Shown piece by piece: positions 49,004-58,797 of a stretch of 62,613 nt of DNA. Position 1 is the first letter of the stretch, and each line of letters begins with the position of its first letter. A model generated the notes under the pieces. It worked only from the letters and a program-made list of their open reading frames with translations. It was not told where the DNA came from and searched no databases. The translations under genes and the position numbers were made by a program. This DNA comes from Bacteroidota bacterium (GTDB taxonomy: Bacteria > Bacteroidota > Bacteroidia > Chitinophagales > BACL12). The DNA lies in assembly GCA_031372705.1 (NCBI GenBank), contig JANMLV010000284.1, positions 1-62,613 of the forward strand, written 5' to 3'.

Positions 49004-49294
49004 ATGAATTTACTTGAGGAAATTAAAGAAACACTCACAAAGAACAAATCTTACTTATCCTCTAAATACAGTTTGAGCAGTATTGGCTTGTTTGGGGCTA
49101 TCGTTAAAGAAGACTTTATTACAGGAAGTGAAATTGATATAATAGTTGATTTTAAGAAACCTATCGGTATTGAAATCATTGACCTAAACGATGAGTTGGA
49201 AAAGCTCCTGAATCACAAAGTTGATTTGGTTGCCAAGAATGGTGTAGAAAAAGGATATTATAAAGTATTCAGAAAAGAGATTCTATACATCTGA
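49004..49294 (+). CDS. Minimal nucleotidyltransferase (MNT antitoxin-like), degenerate and without a toxin partner
   Basis: 96 aa with IGLFGA..SEIDIIVDF..LEKLLNHKVDLV; the canonical GS..SDxD reads GA..SExD here. Confidence 0.8.
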   Translation: MNLLEEIKETLTKNKSYLSSKYSLSSIGLFGAIVKEDFITGSEIDIIVDFKKPIGIEIIDLNDELEKLLNHKVDLVAKNGVEKGYYKVFRKEILYI

Positions 49295-49358
49295 TAATTT
49301 TAACCGGCTTGAGCATTGCATTTGAATTTTAATTTATTTGCACTAATTTTATATTATT

Positions 49359-49775
49359 ATGAAACTCTTTAATCTTTTTGCCGGGGCTGTGCTTGTGTTT
49401 TTTACAGTGATGTTTATGCGTTGCGAAAAAGTAACCGAAGTTTCGGAATTGGTAAAGAATACAGTAAAGATTCAAGTTGTTTTTTACAATGATGATGACC
49501 CCGACACTTTTGTTGATATTGAAGATGCTAAGGAAATTAAAAAATTCAGCAATTACATTACAAATGAAGATACGCCATTATTAAAATGTGGTTACGACGG
49601 ACAAATCATTTTTTTTATGGATAATGATTTAACTGATGGTCCGAAGAATTCTGTTGCAATGGAATTTAATTTAGACGATTCCTGTAAGCATGTTGCCTAT
49701 AGTTACGGCGGCTCATTGCACACAAAGCGATTAACAAAAAGCGGCGCCGAATATTTAACAGAATTAAATAAATAA
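49359..49775 (+). CDS. Hypothetical exported protein, possibly a lipoprotein
   Basis: Hydrophobic N-terminus ending FMRC; coupled spacing with the downstream gene. Confidence 0.7.
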   Translation: MKLFNLFAGAVLVFFTVMFMRCEKVTEVSELVKNTVKIQVVFYNDDDPDTFVDIEDAKEIKKFSNYITNEDTPLLKCGYDGQIIFFMDNDLTDGPKNSVAMEFNLDDSCKHVAYSYGGSLHTKRLTKSGAEYLTELNK

Positions 49776-49788
49776 AGTAATTCCGCCA

Positions 49789-50523
49789 ATGCCCATTTTC
49801 GACCCAAGAGAAAGGAGTTTTCCTGTTTTTCCAAGTTTAATACTTGCAAACATCTTGCCTTTAATTGGTGTAATATATTATGATGTCTCTTTTTTCGCAC
49901 TTATTTATTTGTATTGGTGGGAGACTGTGATAATTTCCATTTTTCAATTTATTAAAATGGGAAAGGCGCAGAAAAAATCTGAGCCGGACCCAAATTTTAC
50001 TATAAATGGTAAACCACTATCGTATGATCAAGTTAACAGTAAAAGTTATATGCGCTTTTCCTACGCGTTGATTAGGATTTTAATGCTTGCATTTTATTTG
50101 TTGTTTATTGTAATTTTTGTTGGTTTACTTGCGTCATCAAAAGAAGATGATTTATTAGGTTTTGCCCGAGCATTAACATTTGTTGAACCTTGGGTATTTG
50201 CCGGCTTTCTTGCATTTGTTTTTACGCATTTAGTTGAATACATTGTTTGGATGCGAGATGAGGAATATAAGAATACTAGTTTACGAGAATTGGGTTCTGT
50301 ATTTGATGCACGTATTATTGTTATTCATGTAGTAATAGTTTTGGGAACCTTCGCAGCTATGTTTGCCGGTGAAAAATTATTTCCTGCTACACCAAATGCA
50401 GGAAGTATTGCTTATGTATGTTTGTTTGTTTTACTTAAGGTAATTGTTGACATTTTTGCTTACGTAAGAAATACCCGCAGAACAACAGTATTAAGCAGCT
50501 TTAATGCGCTCAGAAAAAAATGA
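49789..50523 (+). CDS. DUF6498-like membrane protein
   Basis: LILANILPLIGV..LYWWETVII and RIIVIHVVIVLG patterns. Confidence 0.7.
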   Translation: MPIFDPRERSFPVFPSLILANILPLIGVIYYDVSFFALIYLYWWETVIISIFQFIKMGKAQKKSEPDPNFTINGKPLSYDQVNSKSYMRFSYALIRILMLAFYLLFIVIFVGLLASSKEDDLLGFARALTFVEPWVFAGFLAFVFTHLVEYIVWMRDEEYKNTSLRELGSVFDARIIVIHVVIVLGTFAAMFAGEKLFPATPNAGSIAYVCLFVLLKVIVDIFAYVRNTRRTTVLSSFNALRKK

Positions 50524-51287
50524 AATTCTACAATAGGAAATCATTAATTCCGGTTGACACACTCATTCTTGTCGGACATTTATTGCCATTAATAAGTGTT
50601 TTTAATGGCGACCTGGATTATATGCATTTAATTGCACTATTCTATTTTGACTTTGTTTTATTAATTATTTTTGGGTTCATTAAATTATTTGGTGCACCAT
50701 ATAAATTCTCGAATTACAGCGAAACGCCGGTTGATATTTATACACCGGAAGGCGAACGATTATTCAAACGGAACTTGCGCATAGGATATGTTGGGGTACA
50801 TTTTTTTGTTTTAATTTTTTACTCGTTAATTATTTGTTTGCCAATTGGTATGCACCTAAATTTGGACGCATCACCGGGCCACAATTTTTTTAATCAACTT
50901 GTAATTGCATTAAACTTTAAAACGTTTTGGATTTTATTGGCCGCGTTAACTTTTGCGCAGTTGGGCGAGTTAATTGCCTTTTTTATTAAGCCTAAAATGG
51001 AGCGAAATTATGCTGAAGATATCGCATACATTAACTATAAAGAATATTTGATAATTTACCTTGTTGTAATTATTGGGGCCTTTCTTACCGCTGCTGATGC
51101 ATCGGATACAATTGTTTATACCGTTTCTGACGAGTTAAAAGTGGTTGAACAAGTTCAAATCGGTGATTCCAATAATTGGTGGCTGGGTGTTGTTTTTGGC
51201 ACAGGATTTACTATTATTAAACTTTATTTTGAAAGAAATAGGAAACGCAAAATGTTGCGGAAAGATGATGCCGGGGCCGACCAATAA
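50520..51287 (+). CDS. Divergent DUF6498-like membrane protein
   Basis: Similar TM layout (LILVGHLLPLISV..LFYFDFV); ATGA overlap with the upstream gene. Confidence 0.55.
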   Translation: MKFYNRKSLIPVDTLILVGHLLPLISVFNGDLDYMHLIALFYFDFVLLIIFGFIKLFGAPYKFSNYSETPVDIYTPEGERLFKRNLRIGYVGVHFFVLIFYSLIICLPIGMHLNLDASPGHNFFNQLVIALNFKTFWILLAALTFAQLGELIAFFIKPKMERNYAEDIAYINYKEYLIIYLVVIIGAFLTAADASDTIVYTVSDELKVVEQVQIGDSNNWWLGVVFGTGFTIIKLYFERNRKRKMLRKDDAGADQ

Positions 51288-51297
51288 TGTTTTAGTA

Positions 51298-51822
51298 TTA
51301 TGTTTGAAGCGCAAATATGCCATTCCAATTTCTTCCTTCCTCATTGTAATCTAATCCATATCCAACAACAAAAACATCCGGAATTTCGAATCCGATGTAA
51401 TCGCCTTTAATTAAATTTGGTCGGAGAATTTGCTTTTGGAGTAATGTGGCAATTGATACACTTGCGGGATTTAATTTTTCGGCTTCTTGCATTAAATGGA
51501 ATACTGTTTTACCGGTATCAACAATATCTTCAAGAAATATTACATGCCTATTAGCGAGGTTAATGTCAAATCCTGAAAAGGATGATATATCGCCTGAGTT
51601 CATTCCTGTATAAGATTTTATACTTGTAAAGCGGACAACACATTTACCTTGAAAATGACGAATTAATTCGGCACTAAATGCAAATGCACCGGTAAGTACA
51701 ATAATGAATACCGGATCTTTATCGTGAAAATCGGCTGTAATTTCTTTGCCCATTTCGGCAATGCGCTTTTGAATAGCATGCGCATCTAAATAGGGAACGA
51801 AGATTTTATCTTTTATCTGCAC
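51298..51822 (-). CDS. hpt: Hypoxanthine phosphoribosyltransferase
   Basis: VLTGAF, LEDIVDTGKT and FVVGYGLDY motifs; GTG start. Confidence 0.93.
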   Translation of the reverse strand: MQIKDKIFVPYLDAHAIQKRIAEMGKEITADFHDKDPVFIIVLTGAFAFSAELIRHFQGKCVVRFTSIKSYTGMNSGDISSFSGFDINLANRHVIFLEDIVDTGKTVFHLMQEAEKLNPASVSIATLLQKQILRPNLIKGDYIGFEIPDVFVVGYGLDYNEEGRNWNGIFALQT

Positions 51823-51827
51823 ATTAA

Positions 51828-53204
51828 TTATTTATAGCCAACAATTAACTGCTGACCTATTTTAATATTGGTGTCCGATAACTTATTCCATTCTTGTATT
51901 TGGGCAACTGTAACTGCATATTTTTTAGATATTGCATAAAGTGTTTCCTGCGCGGCAACGGTGTGGTATAAAGCAGCTATAGTTGAAGGTTGTTTTTCTG
52001 ATGATGGAGGGGTGTCTACATTTTTTTCGATGTTCGGTTTTGTTTCCGGAGCAACTATTTCATCATCAAAATCTATAAATTCATCTTTGTTATCATCAAT
52101 AAACACCGGTTCGGGTTCGTTTACCGGTGCAATTTTAACAGGTTCAATTTCTTTTTTCGTAGTTGTTTCAACAACCTTTGTTTTCTGTTGCGACGTTAAT
52201 TTTAAATCTGTTTTTCGCTTAGAGCGTAAATTAACTTGTTCACCAACTGCAGGCTCTTGGCCGGAATTAATATTGTTAAATTTATACAATGATGATAAAC
52301 GCACACCTTCATCTCGTGAAATGGTCCACATTGTTTCTCCGGCTTTTACCGTATGGTATTTTGTTTCACCTTTTTTGCGTTTGGGTTGAAGATAAAATTT
52401 ACTTCCGGGTTCTATATTACCCCCATTTTCAATGTCATTATAATCTTTCAGTAATTTGATTTTAATGTGATGTTCTTTTGAGAGTGTTTCCGGCGAATCT
52501 CCGGCTTCAACTATTACTGTTGGAATGCGATTGTGATAAAATACATCTTCATTATATCCACCCCAACTTACTTTTTTAGGTTTTGTTTCAGGAGCTTTAT
52601 CATCATTTTTTATTACAACATTATCGTTTTTCTTGTCATCTTTTTTGTCTTGCTTTTTAATATCGGCAAGTGTCATTTTATCTAACGTTTGTAAATTATA
52701 TTCTTCAATTAAATTAATCAGCAAGTCGGCATATTTAGGATTTGTTGCATAGCCCGCGGCTTTTAATCCTTTTGCCCATCCTTTATAATCTGTTAACTCT
52801 AATTCAAATAAAGCAGCATATCTTGTTTTGTTCACTAAAAAAGTGCTGTGGTCGCGATACGATTCATCCACGCGGTCGTATTTTCTAAAACACTCATCTT
52901 TAGCATCATCGTCGTAATATACCTTATCCCCTTTCCAGTCGGTATGGCATTTAATGCCAAAATGATTATTTGATTTTACTGCTAACTCACTTTGCCCGGC
53001 TCCGCTTTCTAAAATGCCTTGAGCCATCGTTATACTAGCAGGAATTTTATAGTCAATCATTTCTCTTATAGCAATGGCTTTATATTGCTCAATGTAGTCC
53101 AAAACCTTCTGGTTTGGCTGAGCTGCCAAAACATTTGCAGAAAATAAAAATAATAAAAAGGTTACTGCAACACCTTTTTTTACAAATTTGAATAAGCCCT
53201 CCAT
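51828..53204 (-). CDS. Glucosaminidase (GH73) with LysM domains
   Basis: IPASITMAQGILESG, NNHFGIKC and AGYATNPKY motifs; LysM HTVKAGETMW and HTVAAQETLY. Confidence 0.92.
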   Translation of the reverse strand: MEGLFKFVKKGVAVTFLLFLFSANVLAAQPNQKVLDYIEQYKAIAIREMIDYKIPASITMAQGILESGAGQSELAVKSNNHFGIKCHTDWKGDKVYYDDDAKDECFRKYDRVDESYRDHSTFLVNKTRYAALFELELTDYKGWAKGLKAAGYATNPKYADLLINLIEEYNLQTLDKMTLADIKKQDKKDDKKNDNVVIKNDDKAPETKPKKVSWGGYNEDVFYHNRIPTVIVEAGDSPETLSKEHHIKIKLLKDYNDIENGGNIEPGSKFYLQPKRKKGETKYHTVKAGETMWTISRDEGVRLSSLYKFNNINSGQEPAVGEQVNLRSKRKTDLKLTSQQKTKVVETTTKKEIEPVKIAPVNEPEPVFIDDNKDEFIDFDDEIVAPETKPNIEKNVDTPPSSEKQPSTIAALYHTVAAQETLYAISKKYAVTVAQIQEWNKLSDTNIKIGQQLIVGYK

Positions 53205-53270
53205 CTCAATTTCAAAATTACCTTACCTAACGTGCTGACTATCAGGTATATTATCCACAAAATATGTTAT

Positions 53271-53912
53271 CTATCCATTTTTTCGGGCAATAGTTATGCC
53301 ATCTCTTATGGAAACAATAACCTGTTCTACACGCGAATCGAGGTGTACCTTTTCATTGAAGGCCATTATTGCAGCAGTATCTTTATCGGGCTTAGCATCG
53401 GTGACTCTTCCACTCCATAGCACATTATCAGCTAAAATCCAGCCTCCCGGAACAACTTTGTTAATCACTAAATCGAAATAATTAGCATAATTGGCCTTGT
53501 CGGCATCAATAAAAACCAAATCGAATTGTTGGGTTAAGGTTGGAATAATTTCAATGGCATTTCCGGTAATTACATCGATTTTATCTTCCATGTTTTCGGC
53601 AGCAATATATTTTTTCACCATTGGTGTTAGCTCTTCGTTTATGTCGATGGTAATTAATTTGCCATTTGCTTGCAGGCCTTTAGCTAAACAAATGGCGCTA
53701 TAACCTGTAAATGTGCCTATTTCTAAAATGTTTTTTGGTTTAATCATGGCAGCAATAAATTCTAGAAATTTACCTTGCACATGTCCGCTCAACATTCTCG
53801 GCATCATTGCTTTAACGTTCGTTTCACGGTTAAGGGCTGCAAGGTGCAAGTCTTCAGGGGTTGTATATTTTTCGATGTATGCCGAAAGCGCATCGTTAAT
53901 TAAATCATCCAT
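53271..53912 (-). CDS. O-methyltransferase (caffeoyl-CoA OMT-like)
   Basis: LEIGTFTGYSA, FIDADK and ADNVLWSG motifs. Confidence 0.92.
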   Translation of the reverse strand: MDDLINDALSAYIEKYTTPEDLHLAALNRETNVKAMMPRMLSGHVQGKFLEFIAAMIKPKNILEIGTFTGYSAICLAKGLQANGKLITIDINEELTPMVKKYIAAENMEDKIDVITGNAIEIIPTLTQQFDLVFIDADKANYANYFDLVINKVVPGGWILADNVLWSGRVTDAKPDKDTAAIMAFNEKVHLDSRVEQVIVSIRDGITIARKNG

Positions 53913-53988
53913 AATTGACTTTTTACTTTGTAATTACAAAAAATACAAATTTGCTAAATATTTTTACAAATTGAATAAATCAAGGTTC

Positions 53989-55560
53989 ATGAAAACACTT
54001 TATATACTTATTTTTATTTTCTTCGCCGGATTTTCAGTTTCTTTCGGTCAGTACAACCTTAGTTTTGCCGGGCAAATATCCTATTCTGATACTAGCCTTT
54101 TGAGTGGATGTTGGGGTTACACATCCGATGATGGCGCGGAATATGCATTAATAGCAACAATTCATGGTACATCAATAGTAGAGATCACAACGCCAACATC
54201 ACCGGAGGAGCTATTTTTTGTTCCCGGTGCGGCTAGCACATGGCGTGAAATAAAAACATGGAATAATCATGCTTATGTGTGCACCGAAGGCGGTGGTGGT
54301 TTGATGATTATTGATTTATCCAATTTGCCTGCTGCTATTGACACTATTTCTTTCAAAGGAGATGTTGATCATCCTTTTAATACTGCCCACACTTTATTTA
54401 TTGATGAAAATGGATTTTGCTATTTGTTTGGATACAATTTATTAACGGGAGCGTCAGAAGGTGCTTATATTCTTGATTTGAATGTGGACCCGAAACATCC
54501 GGAGTATGTTGCCGAATTAAATTCTATTTACATTCACGATGGCTTTGTTAGGAATGATACCCTTTGGGCTTCGTGTATTTATGAGGGCAATTTTGAAGTG
54601 TTTGATGTCAGTAATAAAAGCGATATAATTTTACTTGGACAACAGGCTACATCGGCAAGTGCCACACATAATTGCTGGTTAAGCGACGACGGAAAGTATT
54701 TATTTACTACCGATGAAATTAGGGCAGGTTTTATTTCATCATTTGATGTAACCGATGTAACAGATATGAAACAATTGGACCAAGCTAAACATGGTGCACC
54801 TGATTCAACTATTGCACATAATACTTATTACTTAAATGGTTATTTGGTAACTGCACACTATTCGGAAGGCGTTACAATTCATGATGTTCACAAGCCTGAA
54901 AATATAATTGAAGTTGGGCATTACGACAGCTCACCTTTTGGTCCGGATGGCTTGCTGGAAGGAGCTTGGGGTGTGTATCCATATTTTCCGTCAGGAACTG
55001 TGATTATTAGTGATATAACAGAAGGATTAATTGTATTAACTCCAAATTATCAGCGCGCATGTTATTTGGAGGGGAATGTCAAAGATCTAGCTTCATTTGA
55101 AAATATCGTAAATGCGAAGGTTGAGATAGTTTCAACCGGGATAATAGATAGTAGTAATATTATCGGTGAATTTAAAACAGGTTTTTATCAACCGGGTTTA
55201 TATGATGTTATTGTGTCTAAAGAGGGTTGTTATACGCAAACAATATCAAATGTTGAACTTGAATCAGCTGCTGTTACCAACTTAGCAATTTTGCTAGAAT
55301 GTAATACAATTTTTATTAATGATACTTTTAATAACACAAATGTAATATGTAGTTATAACAGCTTAATTACTGCTATTCAAATTGAAAATGAATTATCCGA
55401 AACATTTATTGCAACAGTATATAATGTTCAAGGAAAAAAAGCACTCGGCTTTGTTGTTGAAGGAAATAGAAATATATTAATTGATGTTGCTAACCTTCCT
55501 AAAGGAGCTTATGTAATTCAGTTTGACAATCACTTTTCGCAAAAGTTATTAATTTATTAA
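53989..55560 (+). CDS. Choice-of-anchor B-like beta-propeller protein with a T9SS type A CTD
   Basis: CWGY..EYA, WREIK..AYV, HDGFV, HNCW..DE and HNTY; a carboxypeptidase-regulatory-like domain; CTD ..VYNVQGK..LPKGAYVI..KLLIY; start placed at MKTLY. Confidence 0.85.
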   Translation: MKTLYILIFIFFAGFSVSFGQYNLSFAGQISYSDTSLLSGCWGYTSDDGAEYALIATIHGTSIVEITTPTSPEELFFVPGAASTWREIKTWNNHAYVCTEGGGGLMIIDLSNLPAAIDTISFKGDVDHPFNTAHTLFIDENGFCYLFGYNLLTGASEGAYILDLNVDPKHPEYVAELNSIYIHDGFVRNDTLWASCIYEGNFEVFDVSNKSDIILLGQQATSASATHNCWLSDDGKYLFTTDEIRAGFISSFDVTDVTDMKQLDQAKHGAPDSTIAHNTYYLNGYLVTAHYSEGVTIHDVHKPENIIEVGHYDSSPFGPDGLLEGAWGVYPYFPSGTVIISDITEGLIVLTPNYQRACYLEGNVKDLASFENIVNAKVEIVSTGIIDSSNIIGEFKTGFYQPGLYDVIVSKEGCYTQTISNVELESAAVTNLAILLECNTIFINDTFNNTNVICSYNSLITAIQIENELSETFIATVYNVQGKKALGFVVEGNRNILIDVANLPKGAYVIQFDNHFSQKLLIY

Positions 55561-55723
55561 TACTGATTTAATGATAATTGTTTGACTTTAAATCCCTGCA
55601 AAATATTACTTACACAAGTTAACTAATATTGAAATTGTAAATAAAGTTCGGCAATGGTATAAAATAGAAACAGATAGTTGAATTAATATTTTTAAACTAT
55701 CAAATTCTCAATATCTTTGTTCG

Positions 55724-56746
55724 ATGCAAAGATTTGTCGTTTGCTTGCTATTTATTATCACTTTAAAAGCTGATGCTCAAATTTTGCCGGCATACGGCGA
55801 TTCGCGTACGGCTACCACCGGCTGGCAATTCCTCAAAATTGCACCTGATGGGCGTTCTGCGGCTATGAGTGAGAGTTTTTTGGCAGTTGTAGATGACGTT
55901 TCATCACTTTATTGGAATCCGGCAGGACTGACCAAATTGGATACTAATAAGTTCAATTTTGCTGTCGACTACACCGATTTTGCGGCAGGAACAAGCCTTA
56001 ATTTTGGCGGAATTACCTATAGAATGAACGACAACACCGTTTTTGGGGTTAGTCTTCAGTATTTCGATGCCGGTGAAATGGAGGTTACTACCGAATTCTT
56101 GCCCTTTGGCACCGGTCAAACATTTCGTGCTACCGATTTAGGAATAGGCATTTCTATTGCGCGTGAACTTACCGACCAATTCAGTTTTGGCGTTACAGCG
56201 AAATATATAAGAGAAGATTTAGCATCTGTGCACAATCAAAATATGGTTTTCGACTTCGGTTTTCAATACGATATTGGTATACAAAATACAAGGTTTGCTG
56301 TCGCGATTACCAATTTCGGTTTTAATACACAACCCGGCGGAGAAATTGCCGTTCTAAATTTGAACGATTCAACAACGATTAATGAGTTTACAGAAATTGC
56401 AGTGCCTACTGTTTTCCGATTAGGATTTGCTTGGGATGCAATTAAAAATGATAAGCATATTTTGACCGCAGCGTTGCAATTAAATCACCCCACAGATAAT
56501 AATGAAACATATAGCATTGGATTGGAATATGGTTGGAAACAATTGTTTTTTGCACGAACAGGATATACATTCGCGTTAGACAACACCGCATATCCGGCAT
56601 TTGGATTTGGTACATATTTAAATCGTAGATTTGGACAAATAAAATTAGATTACGGTTTTAATTATTTGGATAATTTTGGGATGATAAATAAAATTGGCAT
56701 TGCCTATACGTTGCCTAATAAATCAAAACAAAATACAGCACGATAA
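55724..56746 (+). CDS. PorV/PorQ-family outer-membrane protein
   Basis: FLKIAPDGRSAAMSE and SLYWNPAGL patterns. Confidence 0.85.
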   Translation: MQRFVVCLLFIITLKADAQILPAYGDSRTATTGWQFLKIAPDGRSAAMSESFLAVVDDVSSLYWNPAGLTKLDTNKFNFAVDYTDFAAGTSLNFGGITYRMNDNTVFGVSLQYFDAGEMEVTTEFLPFGTGQTFRATDLGIGISIARELTDQFSFGVTAKYIREDLASVHNQNMVFDFGFQYDIGIQNTRFAVAITNFGFNTQPGGEIAVLNLNDSTTINEFTEIAVPTVFRLGFAWDAIKNDKHILTAALQLNHPTDNNETYSIGLEYGWKQLFFARTGYTFALDNTAYPAFGFGTYLNRRFGQIKLDYGFNYLDNFGMINKIGIAYTLPNKSKQNTAR

Positions 56747-56749
56747 TCA

Positions 56750-57973
56750 ATGAAAATTAAAATTTTAACTGCCTTGCTAATAATTACATCGCTGATTTTT
56801 TCGGGATGTGATTTTTTATTTGGCACGCGCGACGACAGCACTGTTGATGAAATTTTTGAAGAAGGTGCCATCGACCCTGAAATTGTGCAAAATGAAGCAG
56901 GGTATGTTCCAATTTTACCTTTTTGGAGCGATTTTGTCAATCCAATTGATATTTATTGCGGTTACGATGAAATGATTTACGTTGTTGATGCGGAGGGATT
57001 AAAAGTTTTTGACCAAACCGGTACTGTGTATAATACAATTGCAATTCTTGGTGCTACAGATGTTACACAGGATCGTCGCTTGCACACCTATGTTACAGGA
57101 AGAGTTAATATTGATGTTGATGATGACGGCATATTAGAAAATTTGGCAGCAGTTTATCATTTAACCGGAACAGCATCGGGCGCTGCTCAAATTATTGATA
57201 CATTAATTCATCCGTTTTGTGATGAAAGCAGAAATGTGACTTCTTTTCGCGGCGCTGAAGATGAAGCAGTTGAGTTTACCGGAATAAGTACATTGGCAGA
57301 CAATACAGTTTATTTAAGTCGCAAAGGTCCTAATAACGATCTTGCCGGCATTGCCCGAACAGATAATAGTATTTTATTTTTTGATGAAAATGGCAGCAAT
57401 ATTGGCTACGCAAATGGACTTTCTCCAACTACAAGTAATTTGCGTTCTGTTTGGGATGTGAGTTCCATTGCAACTTTTGCGGCGCCACCACAAAGCTTGT
57501 CGGGGATTTCTGCTTCGCCTGAATTTTTAGTTACCTTAAATAATCCGGCTGCTCAATATAAATGTTTGTGGATTCAACAATTTAACGACCCGGAAAGTGG
57601 CATAACCTATGGCGAAAATGCTTTATTAACGGTGTTTGATTTTACTAAGGCCGATAAATTTTTATATCAGCCCGATAGATTTATTAATCCGACAGATGTT
57701 TACATTGCGCCTGATTTTACCGGCTATATTTTTGTGACCGACGCAGGAACTGACTCGTTATATATTTTCACCCGAAAAGGATATGAGGGTGTTAATCCGC
57801 CACCGGGTTCATCTACAACTAAACAAATTATTGCTTCATTTGGCGGCGAAGGAAGTGGGCCTTTTAATTTTATTAACCCTTCGGGAGTTGCCTATTTGCG
57901 AGAAACAGTTTATGTTATAGACCAAGGCAATAATCGCGTGGCAAGGTATAAGTTGAATACCGATTTGGAGTAA
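56750..57973 (+). CDS. NHL-repeat/beta-propeller lipoprotein
   Basis: Lipobox FSGC; FINPTDVY, FINPSGVA and YVIDQGNNRV repeats. Confidence 0.75.
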   Translation: MKIKILTALLIITSLIFSGCDFLFGTRDDSTVDEIFEEGAIDPEIVQNEAGYVPILPFWSDFVNPIDIYCGYDEMIYVVDAEGLKVFDQTGTVYNTIAILGATDVTQDRRLHTYVTGRVNIDVDDDGILENLAAVYHLTGTASGAAQIIDTLIHPFCDESRNVTSFRGAEDEAVEFTGISTLADNTVYLSRKGPNNDLAGIARTDNSILFFDENGSNIGYANGLSPTTSNLRSVWDVSSIATFAAPPQSLSGISASPEFLVTLNNPAAQYKCLWIQQFNDPESGITYGENALLTVFDFTKADKFLYQPDRFINPTDVYIAPDFTGYIFVTDAGTDSLYIFTRKGYEGVNPPPGSSTTKQIIASFGGEGSGPFNFINPSGVAYLRETVYVIDQGNNRVARYKLNTDLE

Positions 57974-58119
57974 GTGCTTAAGCTTATTTACTTTACTCGA
58001 TTCATACAGAATTTTATTATTTTTGAATAAATTTGACTGATACAGTCAATAGTCGGTATGTTTTAATTAACATCATCTTCAAAATTAAACCAGAATTCAC
58101 GCTCAATTTTGTAATAATT

Positions 58120-58797
58120 ATGAAAGTATTAATTATAGAAGACGAAGCTGATATAAGGAATGCTATACTAAGTTATCTCGTTAAAGACCATTTTATATGT
58201 GAATGGGCAGATACCTATTTGTTGGCTTCAGATAAATTATTGATGTTTACATACGACATAATTGTATTGGATATTACCTTGCCAGGAGGGTCGGGATTGT
58301 CGTTGCTTAAGCAATTAAAAGATAAAAAATCAGAAGCGGGGCTCATTATTATAAGTGCAAAAAATGCTTTGGAAGACAAGCTTGCCGGGCTAGATTTAGG
58401 TGCAGATGACTATCTGACAAAACCTTTTCACCTCGCTGAGCTCAGGTCGCGTATACATGCCCTTATTCGACGCAAAACAACTAATAATACTGAAGTAGTA
58501 ACTTTTCACGAGTTGTCAATAAACTTAAACCATGCTGAAGCTTTTGTTAACGATGAACAAATTGTGTTGACAAAAAAGGAGTATGAGTTGTTGTTTTATT
58601 TAGTGCAAAATCAACACAGGGTATTAAGTAAGGAGGCAATAGCCGAGCATTTGTGGGGCGATTTTATGGAGAACATGCCTAGTTTTGATTTTGTTTATAC
58701 GCATATTAAAAATTTACGTAAAAAAATGATACAACTGGGCTGTAACGATTACATAAAAACGATTTACGGTTTTGGATATAAATTTACCGACCATTGA
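58120..58797 (+). CDS. OmpR-family response regulator
   Basis: LIIEDE, VLDITLPGGSG, LGADDYLTKPF and winged-helix LTKKEYELL..IKTIYGFGY. Confidence 0.95.
   Translation: MKVLIIEDEADIRNAILSYLVKDHFICEWADTYLLASDKLLMFTYDIIVLDITLPGGSGLSLLKQLKDKKSEAGLIIISAKNALEDKLAGLDLGADDYLTKPFHLAELRSRIHALIRRKTTNNTEVVTFHELSINLNHAEAFVNDEQIVLTKKEYELLFYLVQNQHRVLSKEAIAEHLWGDFMENMPSFDFVYTHIKNLRKKMIQLGCNDYIKTIYGFGYKFTDH

Noticed and set aside
53713-53988. Long N-terminal extension of the choice-of-anchor B ORF
   Set aside because: It overlaps the divergent O-methyltransferase gene; the ATG at 53989 gives a normal signal peptide.
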